A stretch of 64,000 nt of DNA from an uncultured Verrucomicrobiae bacterium (lineage in GTDB: Bacteria > Verrucomicrobiota > Verrucomicrobiia > Limisphaerales > Palsa-1400), in assembly GCA_963764165.1 (NCBI GenBank), contig CAVXRD010000002.1:1942232-2006231 (forward strand), read 5' to 3'. The notes below the pieces were generated by a model. The model was not told where the DNA came from. It ran no database searches and was given only the letters and a program-made list of their open reading frames with translations. A program made the position numbers and the translations under genes. This document shows positions 29,270 through 40,332 of this stretch, piece by piece. Positions within the stretch are counted from its first letter, which is position 1. Every line of letters starts with the position of its first letter.

Positions 29270-29524
29270 ATGAAAACGTGTTCTAGTTGTGGTGGTTGTG
29301 GTCGCATGGACTGTCCTCGAAGTAGCTTTGGAACAGTCACATGCACCTGCTGCGGCGGAGACGGTAAAGTTTTTGAAGGAACACGGGAGGTATTTTCCCT
29401 ACTTTGCTTTTTTGGAGTGGGAAAATACGAAGTCACTTGTGCTAATTGTAAGCATGTGCATTCATACTATTATGGCCCCATTAAACGAGCCACGTGCGAG
29501 AATTGTGGGTGCAACTTTGTTTGA
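29270..29524 (+). CDS. Cys-rich zinc-finger protein (DnaJ-type CxxCxGxG repeats plus zinc ribbon)
   Basis: 84 aa with CSSCGGCG, CTCCGGDG, CANC and CENCGC. Confidence 0.55.
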   Translation: MKTCSSCGGCGRMDCPRSSFGTVTCTCCGGDGKVFEGTREVFSLLCFFGVGKYEVTCANCKHVHSYYYGPIKRATCENCGCNFV

Positions 29525-29722
29525 TCGATGCTCAAACCAGTGCCGCAATGTAGTTATTAGTGGGATTTGCTTTTGAACTAGATCGCATGTGTGTCCACTT
29601 CTTGATGCAGGAGTCCCTCATGTCCCGAGCGCGGCGGCTTTGCTTCGCCTTCGCACCCCGTACCCCGCCGCTGCGCTACGCAAAACCGCCGCACTCAGTC
29701 CGCCCCGGATTCGAGCTTGTCC

Positions 29723-30005
29723 CTCAGACGGAAAAACGCTCTGTTCCGCTTACTCGCCTGCCCCCCTTTCCCACGGGCGACCGCTCCACTGCGCGCCTTT
29801 CCGTCTGAGCGACAAAGTTTCGCGGCCCCCGCGCCCCATTTGGTAGTCATTGGGTTGTTTCCAAATCCATTTTTTTGCGCGGTTCTCCTGCCTATCGCCC
29901 TCACCAGCCTGCTTTTCGAGCCGGGGGCCGGGCGCGGTTCCTCCTGAAGGCGACCTCCGCTGGCCGCCCGTCTCGGCAGGCTTTCTCGGTTGAAGGGCGA
30001 TAGGC
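29723..30005 (+). promoter_or_regulatory. Structured ORF-poor region with two long hairpins upstream of the RadC module
   Basis: ctcagacggaaa (29723-29734) pairs with tttccgtctgag (29798-29809). gcctatcgccct (29890-29901) pairs with agggcgataggc (29994-30005). No credible ORF between 29525 and 30034. Confidence 0.35.
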
Positions 30006-30034
30006 CGAGAACGCACAGAGCAAAAAAAAAGATT

Positions 30035-30421
30035 ATGAAAACAAAACAAAATCCAAAATCAGTTTCAGAGCTCCAGAACCGGACCGCACAGGGCAGTGAA
30101 GGCAAAGCGGAATTGCCGAAGATCGATTTGAACAAGCGCAACCGCAACCGGGTTTTGCCGATGGAATCCTTGCTTGAGTTGATTCGGAAGGAAGGACCCG
30201 CGTTTTGGGATGCCGTGGAAGTCGTCGGCAAATGGGTTTGGTTGCAGTTGGACGGCAAGCAGCCGAAGGAGATTACCGCCGTAATTTCGCAACTTGGCTT
30301 TCATTGGAACAACCGCCGCCAAGTCTGGCAGCACCCATGCGGACAGGTGACTGTCAGGGCCGACTTTGACCCCCGCCGCAAATACCGCTCCTACTTCCCA
30401 TCAGACCAGAAACCGGCCTAA
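30035..30421 (+). CDS. Small hypothetical protein (plasmid/ICE-type)
   Basis: 128 aa from MKTKQNP. VGKWVWLQLDG...LGFHWNNRRQVWQHPCG. Its stop overlaps the radC-like start. Confidence 0.5.
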   Translation: MKTKQNPKSVSELQNRTAQGSEGKAELPKIDLNKRNRNRVLPMESLLELIRKEGPAFWDAVEVVGKWVWLQLDGKQPKEITAVISQLGFHWNNRRQVWQHPCGQVTVRADFDPRRKYRSYFPSDQKPA

Positions 30422-30948
30422 TGGAGATTTTACCCATGAACGAACAAATACCATTGTTTCCGGGTTTCGACATCGTGAAACCGTTCAAGTTTCCGGCGCA
30501 GCCTTATGAATACAAGGTGACCGCCTTGCGGGAGTGTCCGACACCGGAACACATGCAGGAATGCGACACACCGGGCAAGGTTGCGGATTACTGGCGCAGG
30601 CACGTTCCCGCCCATCCGTATTTTAGCCCGGAATGCGAATGTTTCGTTGTCCTGATTCTCAACACCCGCCGCAGGGTGAAAGGTCATTACTTGGTCAGTG
30701 TCGGCACGATGGACTGTATTCTTGTCCACCCTCGGGAGGTTTTCAGGCTCGCGATTATGACCGCCGCATCGGGCATCGTGTTGACCCACAACCACCCCAG
30801 CGGGGAGGCGTCCCCATCCGAAGCTGACATTAAGGTGACGCGTGACCTGATACGCGCCGGGCAACTTCTGAAAATCGAAGTCATTGACCACGTTGTGATC
30901 GGCAACCCCGGCCATGTTTCGCTCCATGAGCTTGGATACTTGTCTTGA
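30421..30948 (+). CDS. radC: RadC-like JAB/MPN domain protein
   Basis: 175 aa. JAMM motif IVLTHNHPSGEASPSEADIKVT. Confidence 0.85.
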   Translation: MEILPMNEQIPLFPGFDIVKPFKFPAQPYEYKVTALRECPTPEHMQECDTPGKVADYWRRHVPAHPYFSPECECFVVLILNTRRRVKGHYLVSVGTMDCILVHPREVFRLAIMTAASGIVLTHNHPSGEASPSEADIKVTRDLIRAGQLLKIEVIDHVVIGNPGHVSLHELGYLS

Positions 30949-31147
30949 ACCCATGAAACGCAACAAACGCCGCTTGCCTATCCCGCAGCACGAATTTGGT
31001 TTGTGCCCGACACGTTCACCCTGATTCAGGAAACCGGACTGGACGGAGATCGTTTGGCCCACGAACGCGCCGAGGCAGACCGCGCCCGGACTTTGGCCGA
31101 GAAAGCGCAAGCGGCTTTGTTCAACCCACCACCACGCAAAAACTGAT

Positions 31148-31549
31148 ATGAACACCGACGAAAACGAATCGCCCTTTGGGCCAATTATTTACAGCTACAC
31201 ACGCGCCCAAGCCCTTGCCGATGGCGTGCAGGTTGACGTAACCACCACAGCGCAGGAAGCCGGAATTCGTTTTCCTGTATTCCTGACCCGCACTGTCTTT
31301 GACGCATACGTGACCGTTCCGCCCGGCATAGACGGGCAGGATGAAGCCGGGAGACTTTGGGACGTGCTTACCCTCTTACGGCACGCCATCCGCGCCGCAC
31401 GGCCCGGCCAAGACCGCTTGCCGTTTGCGCTCTACGTGCGCAACGACAACCGCCGCGCAAAACTCGTGAAGTTGATCGCCGCTTGCGGCGCAAAAGACAT
31501 CGACGATCCGCAGCCGGCCATTACGGTAATGATGCGGGGGGAGGATTGA
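31148..31549 (+). CDS. Hypothetical protein (plasmid/ICE-associated type)
   Basis: 133 aa, same strand as the radC module. IYSYTRAQALADGVQVDVT motif. No confident family name. Confidence 0.5.
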   Translation: MNTDENESPFGPIIYSYTRAQALADGVQVDVTTTAQEAGIRFPVFLTRTVFDAYVTVPPGIDGQDEAGRLWDVLTLLRHAIRAARPGQDRLPFALYVRNDNRRAKLVKLIAACGAKDIDDPQPAITVMMRGED

Positions 31550-31567
31550 TCCACCCGAAAACACACG

Positions 31568-31601
31568 CCCGGCTAGACTGAAAACAGTTCAGCCGGTTTT
31601 T
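31568..31601 (+). terminator. Rho-independent terminator candidate after the RadC module
   Basis: cccggctagactg-aaaa-cagttcagccgg (imperfect stem) followed by ttttt. Confidence 0.5.
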
Positions 31602-31772
31602 AAGTTTGGGGACTCGCGCCGTCCCCAAACCCCCACCGCCAGAGGCATGGCCTCTGGACTCCATCACTCGCTTGCGCTGGCTTTTCCGCTTTCGCGCCCT
31701 TTCCGACATCGCGGAAAGGATATTGTTTGAAATCACCGGCACCGCTGAAATTCTGGCGGGTCAAACGAGCGT

Positions 31773-31788
31773 GCCACTGTCAGTAAAA
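31773..31788. other. Candidate attR (direct repeat)
   Basis: gccactgtcagtaaaa. Shares GCCACTGTCAG and ACTGTCAGTAAA with 14966-14992. Confidence 0.5.
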
Positions 31789-31886
31789 CCTCCAGTGAAA
31801 GCACCTGAAAGTTAGCAAAAATAGTGGCGAGTTAGGGCGAATTTTCATTGATTTTCAGAGGGAAAAGCTGTATTTTCCTCGTGTCT

Positions 31887-31918
31887 GAATTCGATAGACA
31901 GACTGTGTCAATCTGTGG
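31887..31918. repeat. CACAGAT-family repeat, degenerate single arm
   Basis: gaattcgatagacagactgtgtcaatctgtgg resembles the right arm and flank of 14881-14914 (aattc...ctgtgtccatctgtg). Confidence 0.45.
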
Positions 31919-31943
31919 CCAGAATCAGATGCGGCCCTGGCAA

Positions 31944-34004
31944 TCAGCGGGCTCTGGCCTTGGCGCCTTGTTTCCTGCCGCGCGATTTTTTGTAATTGAC
32001 GCTGCTGCCGGCGGCTGGCGCGGTGCCGCTTTCGACTCCCGCGCCAAAGCTGCGTTTCAATTCGCGGATTTGGTCGCGCAGCAGCGCGGCTTTCTCAAAT
32101 TGCAAATTATTGGACGCTTCAATCATTTCCTCCTGCAATCCGCGCAACGTCTCTGTCAAATCGAAATCGCCGCCGGCCTCGCGCAGCACCATGTCCGCCC
32201 GCTGGCGCTGATTCTGGTAGACGGCCAGGCTTTCCTCCACCGCGCGGACGACGCTCCGGGGCGTGATGTTGTGCTGCGTGTTGTAGGCGATCTGCCGCTC
32301 ACGGCGATAGGCCGAAACCGCGAGAAATTGCTCAATGCTGTGCGTGCGGACATCGGCGTATAAAATCACCTCGCCGTTGAGGTGGCGCGCGGCGCGGCCG
32401 GCGGTTTGGATCAGGCTGGTCGCGCTGCGGAGAAAACCTTCCTTGTCGGCGTCAAGTATAGCGACCAAAGAGACTTCGGGCAGGTCGAGGCCCTCGCGCA
32501 GAAGATTGATGCCGACCAGCACGTCGAATTCCCCTTTGCGCAGCGCGCGCAGGACTTCCACGCGCTCAACGGCGTCAATTTCGCTGTGCAGATAGCGGAC
32601 GAGAATGCCGAGTTCGCGCAAATAATCCGTCAATTCCTCGGCGGATTTTTTGGTCAGCGTCGTCACCAGTGTGCGTTCCTTGCTGGTGGCGCGTTTGCGG
32701 ACTTCCTCCAGCAAATCATCAATCTGCCCCTTTAACGGCTTGAGCGTAATCTTGGGATCAATCAGGCCGGTGGGGCGGACGATTTGCTCAACCACCCAGC
32801 CTTGCGACCATTCCAGTTCCTGCGCCTGCGGGGTCGCGCTGATGTAAATGGTCTGCTTCTGGAACGCTTGAAATTCCTTGAAATCCAAGGGCCGGTTATC
32901 CAGCGCGCTCGGCAATCGAAAACCGTGCTCTACCAGCACCGTTTTGCGCGAGCGATCACCCGCATACATGCCGCCGATTTGCGGAATGGTCGTATGCGAT
33001 TCGTCGACGACGAGCATGTAATCGCCCGGGAAAAAATCCAGCAGCGTGCCCGGGCGCGACCCGGCGGGGCGACCCGCGAGATGGCGCGAATAATTTTCGA
33101 TGCCGGAGCAAAATCCCATTTCCTCCATCATTTCCAAATCGTACTCCGTGCGCATCTTGATGCGCTGCGCCTCGATCAGTTTGCCTTCCTTTTCGAACCA
33201 CGCTATCCGGTGGCCGAGTTCCTCGCGGATATTCAGGATGGCGCTCTTGATCTTGTCCTGCGGCGTGACGAATTGCTTGGCGGGAAAAATCACGATGGAT
33301 TGCGGGCTTTCCGTTTTCTCGCCCGTCAGCGGCTCGAAGCGGGAAAGGCGCTCGATTTCATCGCCGAAAAATTCGATGCGCAAGCCGTCCTCGCTCCACG
33401 AGGGGCGCAATTCCACCACATCGCCGCGGACGCGGAATTGGCCGCGCTCGAACGCGACGTCGTTGCGCGCATATTGCAAATCGACAAAGCGGCAGAGCAA
33501 TTGGTCGCGCGAAATCTGCTGGCCGACGAACACCTGCTGCACCAGCGCCTCGTAATTCTCGCGGCTGCCGATGCCGTAAATGCACGACACACTGGCCACC
33601 ACGATCGTGTCGCGCCGCGTGAGCAGCGAACTCATGGTCGAGAGCCGCAGCCGCTCGATTTCCTCGTTAATGCTCGAGTCCTTTTCGATGAACGTGTCAG
33701 TGCGCGGAATGTAGGCTTCCGGCTGGTAGTAATCGAAATAGCTGACGAAATATTCGACGGCGTTCTTGGGGAAAAACGATTTGAATTCCGCGTAAAGCTG
33801 CGCCGCCAGCGTTTTGTTGTGCGAGATGACGAGAGTTGGGCGGTTGACGTTCTGGATGACGTTCGCGACAGTGAAGGTCTTGCCCGATCCGGTGACGCCG
33901 ACGAGCGTTTGATGCTTCGCGCCCGCCAGCACGCCTTCAGTGAGTTTGGCGATGGCTTTAGGCTGGTCGCCGGCGGGCTGGTAGGGAGCGGACAATTCAA
34001 ACAT
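31944..34004 (-). CDS. uvrB: Excinuclease ABC subunit B
   Basis: 686 aa. Canonical N-terminus FELSAPYQPAGDQPKAI, Walker A GVTGSGKT, and a C-terminal UVR domain. Confidence 0.95.
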   Translation of the reverse strand: MFELSAPYQPAGDQPKAIAKLTEGVLAGAKHQTLVGVTGSGKTFTVANVIQNVNRPTLVISHNKTLAAQLYAEFKSFFPKNAVEYFVSYFDYYQPEAYIPRTDTFIEKDSSINEEIERLRLSTMSSLLTRRDTIVVASVSCIYGIGSRENYEALVQQVFVGQQISRDQLLCRFVDLQYARNDVAFERGQFRVRGDVVELRPSWSEDGLRIEFFGDEIERLSRFEPLTGEKTESPQSIVIFPAKQFVTPQDKIKSAILNIREELGHRIAWFEKEGKLIEAQRIKMRTEYDLEMMEEMGFCSGIENYSRHLAGRPAGSRPGTLLDFFPGDYMLVVDESHTTIPQIGGMYAGDRSRKTVLVEHGFRLPSALDNRPLDFKEFQAFQKQTIYISATPQAQELEWSQGWVVEQIVRPTGLIDPKITLKPLKGQIDDLLEEVRKRATSKERTLVTTLTKKSAEELTDYLRELGILVRYLHSEIDAVERVEVLRALRKGEFDVLVGINLLREGLDLPEVSLVAILDADKEGFLRSATSLIQTAGRAARHLNGEVILYADVRTHSIEQFLAVSAYRRERQIAYNTQHNITPRSVVRAVEESLAVYQNQRQRADMVLREAGGDFDLTETLRGLQEEMIEASNNLQFEKAALLRDQIRELKRSFGAGVESGTAPAAGSSVNYKKSRGRKQGAKARAR

Positions 34005-34580
34005 AGCCCAGCAACGTAAGAACTGCGCGTGAATGTGTCAAACCCGAGCGCAGCAAGCATTCCTCGAAATTTGGATCGAGCGCCTCACGGCTGTTCCGCG
34101 GCAGGTGTGATTTGATGTGGGTGGGGCGCAAGTGATTTTGAATTGAGCGGATCGCGGCTGTGTCGAAGACCGGCCGCAGCCGTTTCGATACAACTAGCGC
34201 GCTGGAGAGATTTCCAAGCTTCGCCAGTCGCGGTTCCGAAGGCTTGATATGTTTTTCGGTGATGGCCACAACAAGATTCGTTTCCGGTTGTTCGAGTGTT
34301 GCGGCGGCTGGTCTTCGATACGGCAGCCTAAAGAGCTGCATCCCTCACCCATTTCTAATCATACCCTTCCGTGGCTGTTTGCCTCCTTTGGGCTTGACCC
34401 GGCCAGGGTAAATGCCCGATTCTATATGCGGAAACAGATTTGGCATCTTGTTGGCTTCCGGGTCTGCGTTCCTGGCGATTTGCTCATAGTGGTCCAAATC
34501 CTGCCGGACGCGATTTCGCGGTCAACACGCAGTTCAACAGGGCCAGTGGCGAGCTGCGCAGTCGTGGATGCAGAGCTGTT

Positions 34581-35937
<1,357 letters not shown>

Positions 35938-35941
<4 letters not shown>

Positions 35942-36129
35942 GTTAATCCTCCTTCAATTAAACTTTGCACGTCGCTCAACCGAAACCGGACGCTGCCGAG
36001 GACCTTGACCTGAGCCAACCGCCCGACAGCTACCAATCTCTCCACTGTCCGTTCCGAACATGCCAATAGTTGCGCGACCTCTTTTTTGCGCAGCAATTTG
36101 TCTTTCGCTATTTCAATCACTTCTCGCAT
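35938..36129 (-). CDS. Excisionase/AlpA-like helix-turn-helix DNA-binding protein
   Basis: 63 aa. LLRKKEVAQLLACSERTVERLVAVGRL. Overlaps the integrase start by 4 nt. Confidence 0.7.
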
Positions 36130-36130
36130 T

Positions 36131-36496
36131 TCAAATCTCCTTTAACAGCCGTTCGGCAGTGTGTTCCCGGTCTTCCGCTTCGGCCTGATCCGGTGACAGA
36201 TGTTTGGTGTAAACGCGATAGACCGCGCTATGGTCTGCGTCAATGTTGCGCTCTCCGAGCCAGTCCGAAATCTGGCGGTAGGTAAAGCCCTTTTCTCGCA
36301 GCTTGGCAATGACCTGCCAGTACTTGTCCAGATCAAGCTGATTGGATTCCTGTTCGGCTTCCTCTAGCAAGTCATCCGGGAAGGGCGGGGGTGCGAGTTT
36401 TTTGGCCGGTTCATCGGCGGTGGCTCCTGGCCGAGCGGTTGACGATGGCGGTTTCTCCGGGCCAGCGGAGTGCCGTTTTGCCGCTTTATTTTTCAT
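36131..36496 (-). CDS. Hypothetical protein with C-terminal HTH-like segment
   Basis: 121 aa. GFTYRQISDWLGERNIDADHSAVYRVY resembles a resolvase/sigma-type HTH. Confidence 0.5.
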   Translation of the reverse strand: MKNKAAKRHSAGPEKPPSSTARPGATADEPAKKLAPPPFPDDLLEEAEQESNQLDLDKYWQVIAKLREKGFTYRQISDWLGERNIDADHSAVYRVYTKHLSPDQAEAEDREHTAERLLKEI

Positions 36497-37061
36497 GCGC
36501 TCACACTAAACGAACAAAACGAACGGTGCAAGCCAAAATTTTCACTTTTCACCAAATTTAGTCAAGAAGAATTATCGCGCCGCGCTCGTATCTTGAATTT
36601 GAACCGACACTGCGCCCACCGCCACCGAGCAACTGCCGACTTCGAGTGACAAAATGAAACTTAAAGGCTGCAGCACCCCTTTTTTAACGATAAAACCGAG
36701 ATTTCAGGCCACTTTTTCCTTGCCAATCGGCAGATTGTGCCAAAGAGTCGCAACAGTTCTTTACATAGGCCAAGGTCATTTGAATCCTTGGTTATGAGTC
36801 TTTGCGTTGCGAGGACTCGAACTTCATTCCGAACACGACCAAATTCGATCTCACGAAGTTTGCCTTGACGCGCGCCTAATCGCGCGTCCTGGTGTGCTTT
36901 CGTGAGAAGGCCGCTTGGTCGTGGCCTGGAATGAGGGTGCGCTAGGCGCGCCTATTCTTTTTCCAAGGATTCTTCGAGTTTCCCGCCATCATTTTCACAG
37001 TTGACCGAATTATTGACACGATGTATAAGTGTTCCTGAGGAAGGTTTTAAGTTTTGCTGCA

Positions 37062-37904
37062 ATGAGTCCGAAAAAGGCATATTGGGCTTTTACGCTCATC
37101 GAGTTGCTGGTGGTCATTGCCATCATCGCGATACTCGCTGCGCTTCTGCTTCCCGCCTTATCCGCAGCCAAACATCACGCCCTAGACATCAAATGTGTCA
37201 GTAATCTCAAACAAATCACCGGCGGCGGGCTGATGTACATGGATGATTCGGGGCAAACTATTTTGTTTTGCGACACAAACCTCACGGGTTCTTGGGCCAG
37301 GCAATTGACCCCCTATGGTATGACAAGCAATCTGTTGCTTTGCCCAGCTACGAAGGCGCAAGGCCCTCCAATCTTGGACGGCGGATTGACTGGAACGGCG
37401 AGTCTCGCTTGGAACAATTGCCCTCCAGACTTCCCAAACTCGATTAACGGCAGCTATGGGATAAACGGCTGGCTTTTCTCCTACGACCCAAGCATCACGA
37501 GCGATATTACGACCTGGATTGGCCCACCGGTGCCTCCTGTTGCAAACAATCCAAATTACATCTTTGACAAACCAACATCGGTTCAACGGCCTTCGAGTAC
37601 TCCGTTTTTCAGCGATGCTACCTGTTGGAACGAATGGCCCTTGGAAGTAGACGCGCCGGCCACCGATCTTTCAATAGGGGACGCATTTAACGTGTGGGGC
37701 ATGGGCCGTTCAACCATTTGGCGGCACGGCGGCAAAACCGCCACCTCTAAAACACCCGTTCAACACATAAATCTCGCTCCCTATTATATTTTTCCAAATT
37801 CTGCCGCTATAAATATCGGATTCGTGGATGGGCACTCTCAGCAAGTGAAGGTTAAAGACCTTTGGAACCAGTATTGGCACTATAATTGGACGCCTCCGCC
37901 GTGA
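37062..37904 (+). CDS. Prepilin-type N-terminal cleavage/methylation domain protein (DUF1559/H-X9-DG type)
   Basis: [25 protein letters not shown] near the N-terminus and [10 protein letters not shown] near the C-terminus. ATG at 37062 preferred over the GTG at 37029. Confidence 0.85.
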   Translation: MSPKKAYWAFTLIELLVVIAIIAILAALLLPALSAAKHHALDIKCVSNLKQITGGGLMYMDDSGQTILFCDTNLTGSWARQLTPYGMTSNLLLCPATKAQGPPILDGGLTGTASLAWNNCPPDFPNSINGSYGINGWLFSYDPSITSDITTWIGPPVPPVANNPNYIFDKPTSVQRPSSTPFFSDATCWNEWPLEVDAPATDLSIGDAFNVWGMGRSTIWRHGGKTATSKTPVQHINLAPYYIFPNSAAINIGFVDGHSQQVKVKDLWNQYWHYNWTPPP

Positions 37905-38013
37905 TTTTCGATTTCTTCCAACAACACCACAACAAACCAAATTCCTCTCGACCAGAAGTGTCGAAGGGCGAGCGCACATTGCTGCTCGTAAACCCGTCAG
38001 AAAGGCCCCCAAC

Positions 38014-40128
38014 ATGAAAAGCTCTCTCAGAATATCTGCGTTATTAGCTGTTATCTTGACTGTCTTCGTCGTCACCCTGCCATCGGAATGCTGGGCGCAG
38101 GGCGAACCGGAGGCGCCCAATTTGGTGCAAGTGACAGTCATGCCCACCAATGGCTTGTTTTGGAGCATGCAGATTACGAATCTTTTTCCTTTTCCGGCAG
38201 ACCCGTACCCTTCACTTTCGCTCTACACGGACGGAAACGGCAATTATTACTACGACGACACGAGTGTCGATTATTCCATTGGCGCCGATGTGAAGGGAAA
38301 TCGGAATAAAACGGGGCGCTCCGGGGGAAATGGCCCAAAAGCCCAAGATGAACCGCCATTGCCCGGGGGAACCAACTATGGGACGAACGGCGGAACGGGT
38401 TATCCCATCGCCGCACTTGTCATCCCGACAAACTACGTGCCCTGTGAAAGCTTTACGAACTTTGCATTGGATATTTTTGCCAACTCCGGTGACGTCGATA
38501 TTTACATTACAAACTCTCTGGCCTCGATGTCGTATAATCTGGTGATAACGACGAACTTGGCGCAGCCAAATTGGACGGTCATTCGGACAGTGACGGCCAG
38601 CAATTACCTTACTTTTGCCACAAATATGGCAATTGGAACAAACGCGTGCCTTTTCTTTGGGGCAACGCTGACTACCAATGATTTGCCTCCGGTAATCACC
38701 GTTCCCCCGACCAATCGCATTGTTGGGACCGGTTCCTCTGCCACCTTTACGGTTTCCGCCTTCGGCCTGGAGCCATTAAGCTATCAATGGCAGTTGAACG
38801 GCACCAACTTGCCCGGCGCGACCGCAACGAATTTGACAATCAGCAGCGCGCAAGCAACCAATGTCGGCATCTATACCGTCGTTGTGTCAAACGTGATCTG
38901 CTGGGCCGATGCCTCGGCCAATCTTGGCTTGATTTGGTCGAACTATATCGGCGCGGGTTACGGCATCGACGCTTCGCCTGCCATTGGCAGCAATGGCGTG
39001 GTTTATATCGCCACCACAGGCAACCAAATTTATGCGTTGGACGGAGCTACCGGCAACGGCAAATGGACAAACACAATTTCGACTGGCGGAGAGATTACTT
39101 CTTCCGCGGCTCTCAGTGCTGACAACACGAGCGTAATCGTTGGCTCGCAAAACGGTTATCTTTATGCATTTTATGCTTCCAATGGCGCGCCCCGGTGGAG
39201 CAACAACCTCGGGGGAGCCATTTATTCATCTCCTGCAATTAGCCATTCAAACGGTGCAATCTACATTGCCACCTCGGGCACGACCAACGGTCTCTTTGCT
39301 GTCAACCCAACCACCGGGGCCATAGAATGGTTACTTTCCCACCGATGACGTTAACAGCCAAAATAGCGGCATTGATTCCTCTCCCGCCATCGGTACTGAT
39401 AACACCATCTATTTTGTCAGCAGCGGAGGGGGACTCTATGCTATAAATCCAAATGGCACGTTAAAATGGTTTTTCCCGTTGCCTGCCGGGTCAAGTCCCG
39501 ATAGCTCGCCGGCGATTGGATCGAATGAAATTTACGTGGGTTCGGCAATCTGAGTTCGCGGCTCTCGTTTTCCGGCAATCTCAACAGCGCCAATGATCCG
39601 TATTACGGGATGTGGCTCAACTACACCGGCAGCGGAATCTCGTTCCTTTTGGAAGGCTCCAAGTTCTATGCCGCGCCCAGCACGAATTCGCCCTACACTC
39701 TCCAACTTTCCGTCGATGGCGCAGGCAACGGCACAGCGTTGCTGGCGGACACGAATGGAAACATCCTGTCGTTGGAAACAGAGCTATCCGTGGGCCTCGA
39801 TCCTCTCTGCGTGGTGCTGGCGCAGCGTGAAGGCCAGCCCAATCCAAACGCCGTCGGAACAAATGTCTCCATCTGGAATTGCGCGACGGTAGTCAGCGGC
39901 GCCATTCCTCCCGTCCAAATTGCCCCGGGCTATCCGCAGAGCGTGACGCCGTCCGGCTTCAAGATGATGCTGCAGGGGCCAATTGGCTCCAATTACGTCA
40001 TTGAGACATCGACTGATCTTCAGTCGTGGTCGACGCTGACCAACATCGTTAGCACGAATACGCCGTTCTTTTTCAATGACGCGACGCGCGGCGCAGCGCG
40101 ATACTACCGGGCAGGATTGCAACGGTGA
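38014..40128 (+). pseudogene. Secreted Ig-like / PQQ-like beta-propeller protein with C-terminal tail module, interrupted by two compensating frameshifts
   Basis: Signal peptide, Ig-like I-set segment (LSYQWQLNGTNLPGATATNLTI), and PQQ-like repeats. The repeats continue in another frame at 39333-39553 (SSPAIGTDNTIYFVSSGGGLYAINPNGTLKW), and the original frame resumes from ~39545 to 40128. Confidence 0.6.
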
Positions 40129-40190
40129 TAGACTGGCCGAGAGGCGGCAATCGTCACTTGCGTCTCACCCAGCTTCAGCGACACCACGTG

Positions 40191-40219
40191 CCGGGGTTCG
40201 AATCTCCCCCTCCCCGCCA
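40191..40219 (+). other. tRNA 3'-end-like fragment (possible attR remnant)
   Basis: ccggggttcgaatctccccctccccgcca resembles the T-arm, acceptor and CCA of tRNA-Ser at 34644-34672, with indels. No complementary 5' acceptor strand upstream. Confidence 0.4.
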
Positions 40220-40332
40220 ATTTTTCCCGCCCACCGCCGCTTGCTCCATCGTCAATGGCTCTCAAATATAATTCGCAGGCCACAATTTTTTTCAAAGGTT
40301 TCCGGGCACCCGGCAGTCAAACGGGCTGTAGC

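Larger units (their letters stand above)
14966..31788. mobile_element. Integrase-bounded genomic island (~16.8 kb), decayed integrative element
   Basis: Direct repeats at both ends, integrase just inside the left end, AT-richer by eye than the flanks, cargo of truncated and plasmid/ICE-type genes, housekeeping genes (purS, uvrB) on either side. Confidence 0.6.

Noticed and set aside
29560-30258. Several 76-187-aa ORFs on both strands in the region before the RadC module
   Set aside because: They overlap each other, are Pro/Arg/Ala-rich, and coincide with the long hairpins. The region is better explained as structured non-coding DNA.
32784-34019. 411-aa plus-strand ORF
   Set aside because: Antisense to uvrB, which is unambiguous.
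33997-34341. 114-aa minus-strand ORF upstream of uvrB
   Set aside because: No recognisable motif, and it overlaps the uvrB start. Coding status cannot be judged without comparative data.
40129-40219. Possible intact second class II tRNA or selC-like gene
   Set aside because: It has a T-arm-like end with CCA and a tggccgag D-loop-like string. However, no 5' strand complements the acceptor 3' strand (cctcccc), and no canonical anticodon stem-loop can be drawn. Kept only as a tRNA-3'-like fragment.
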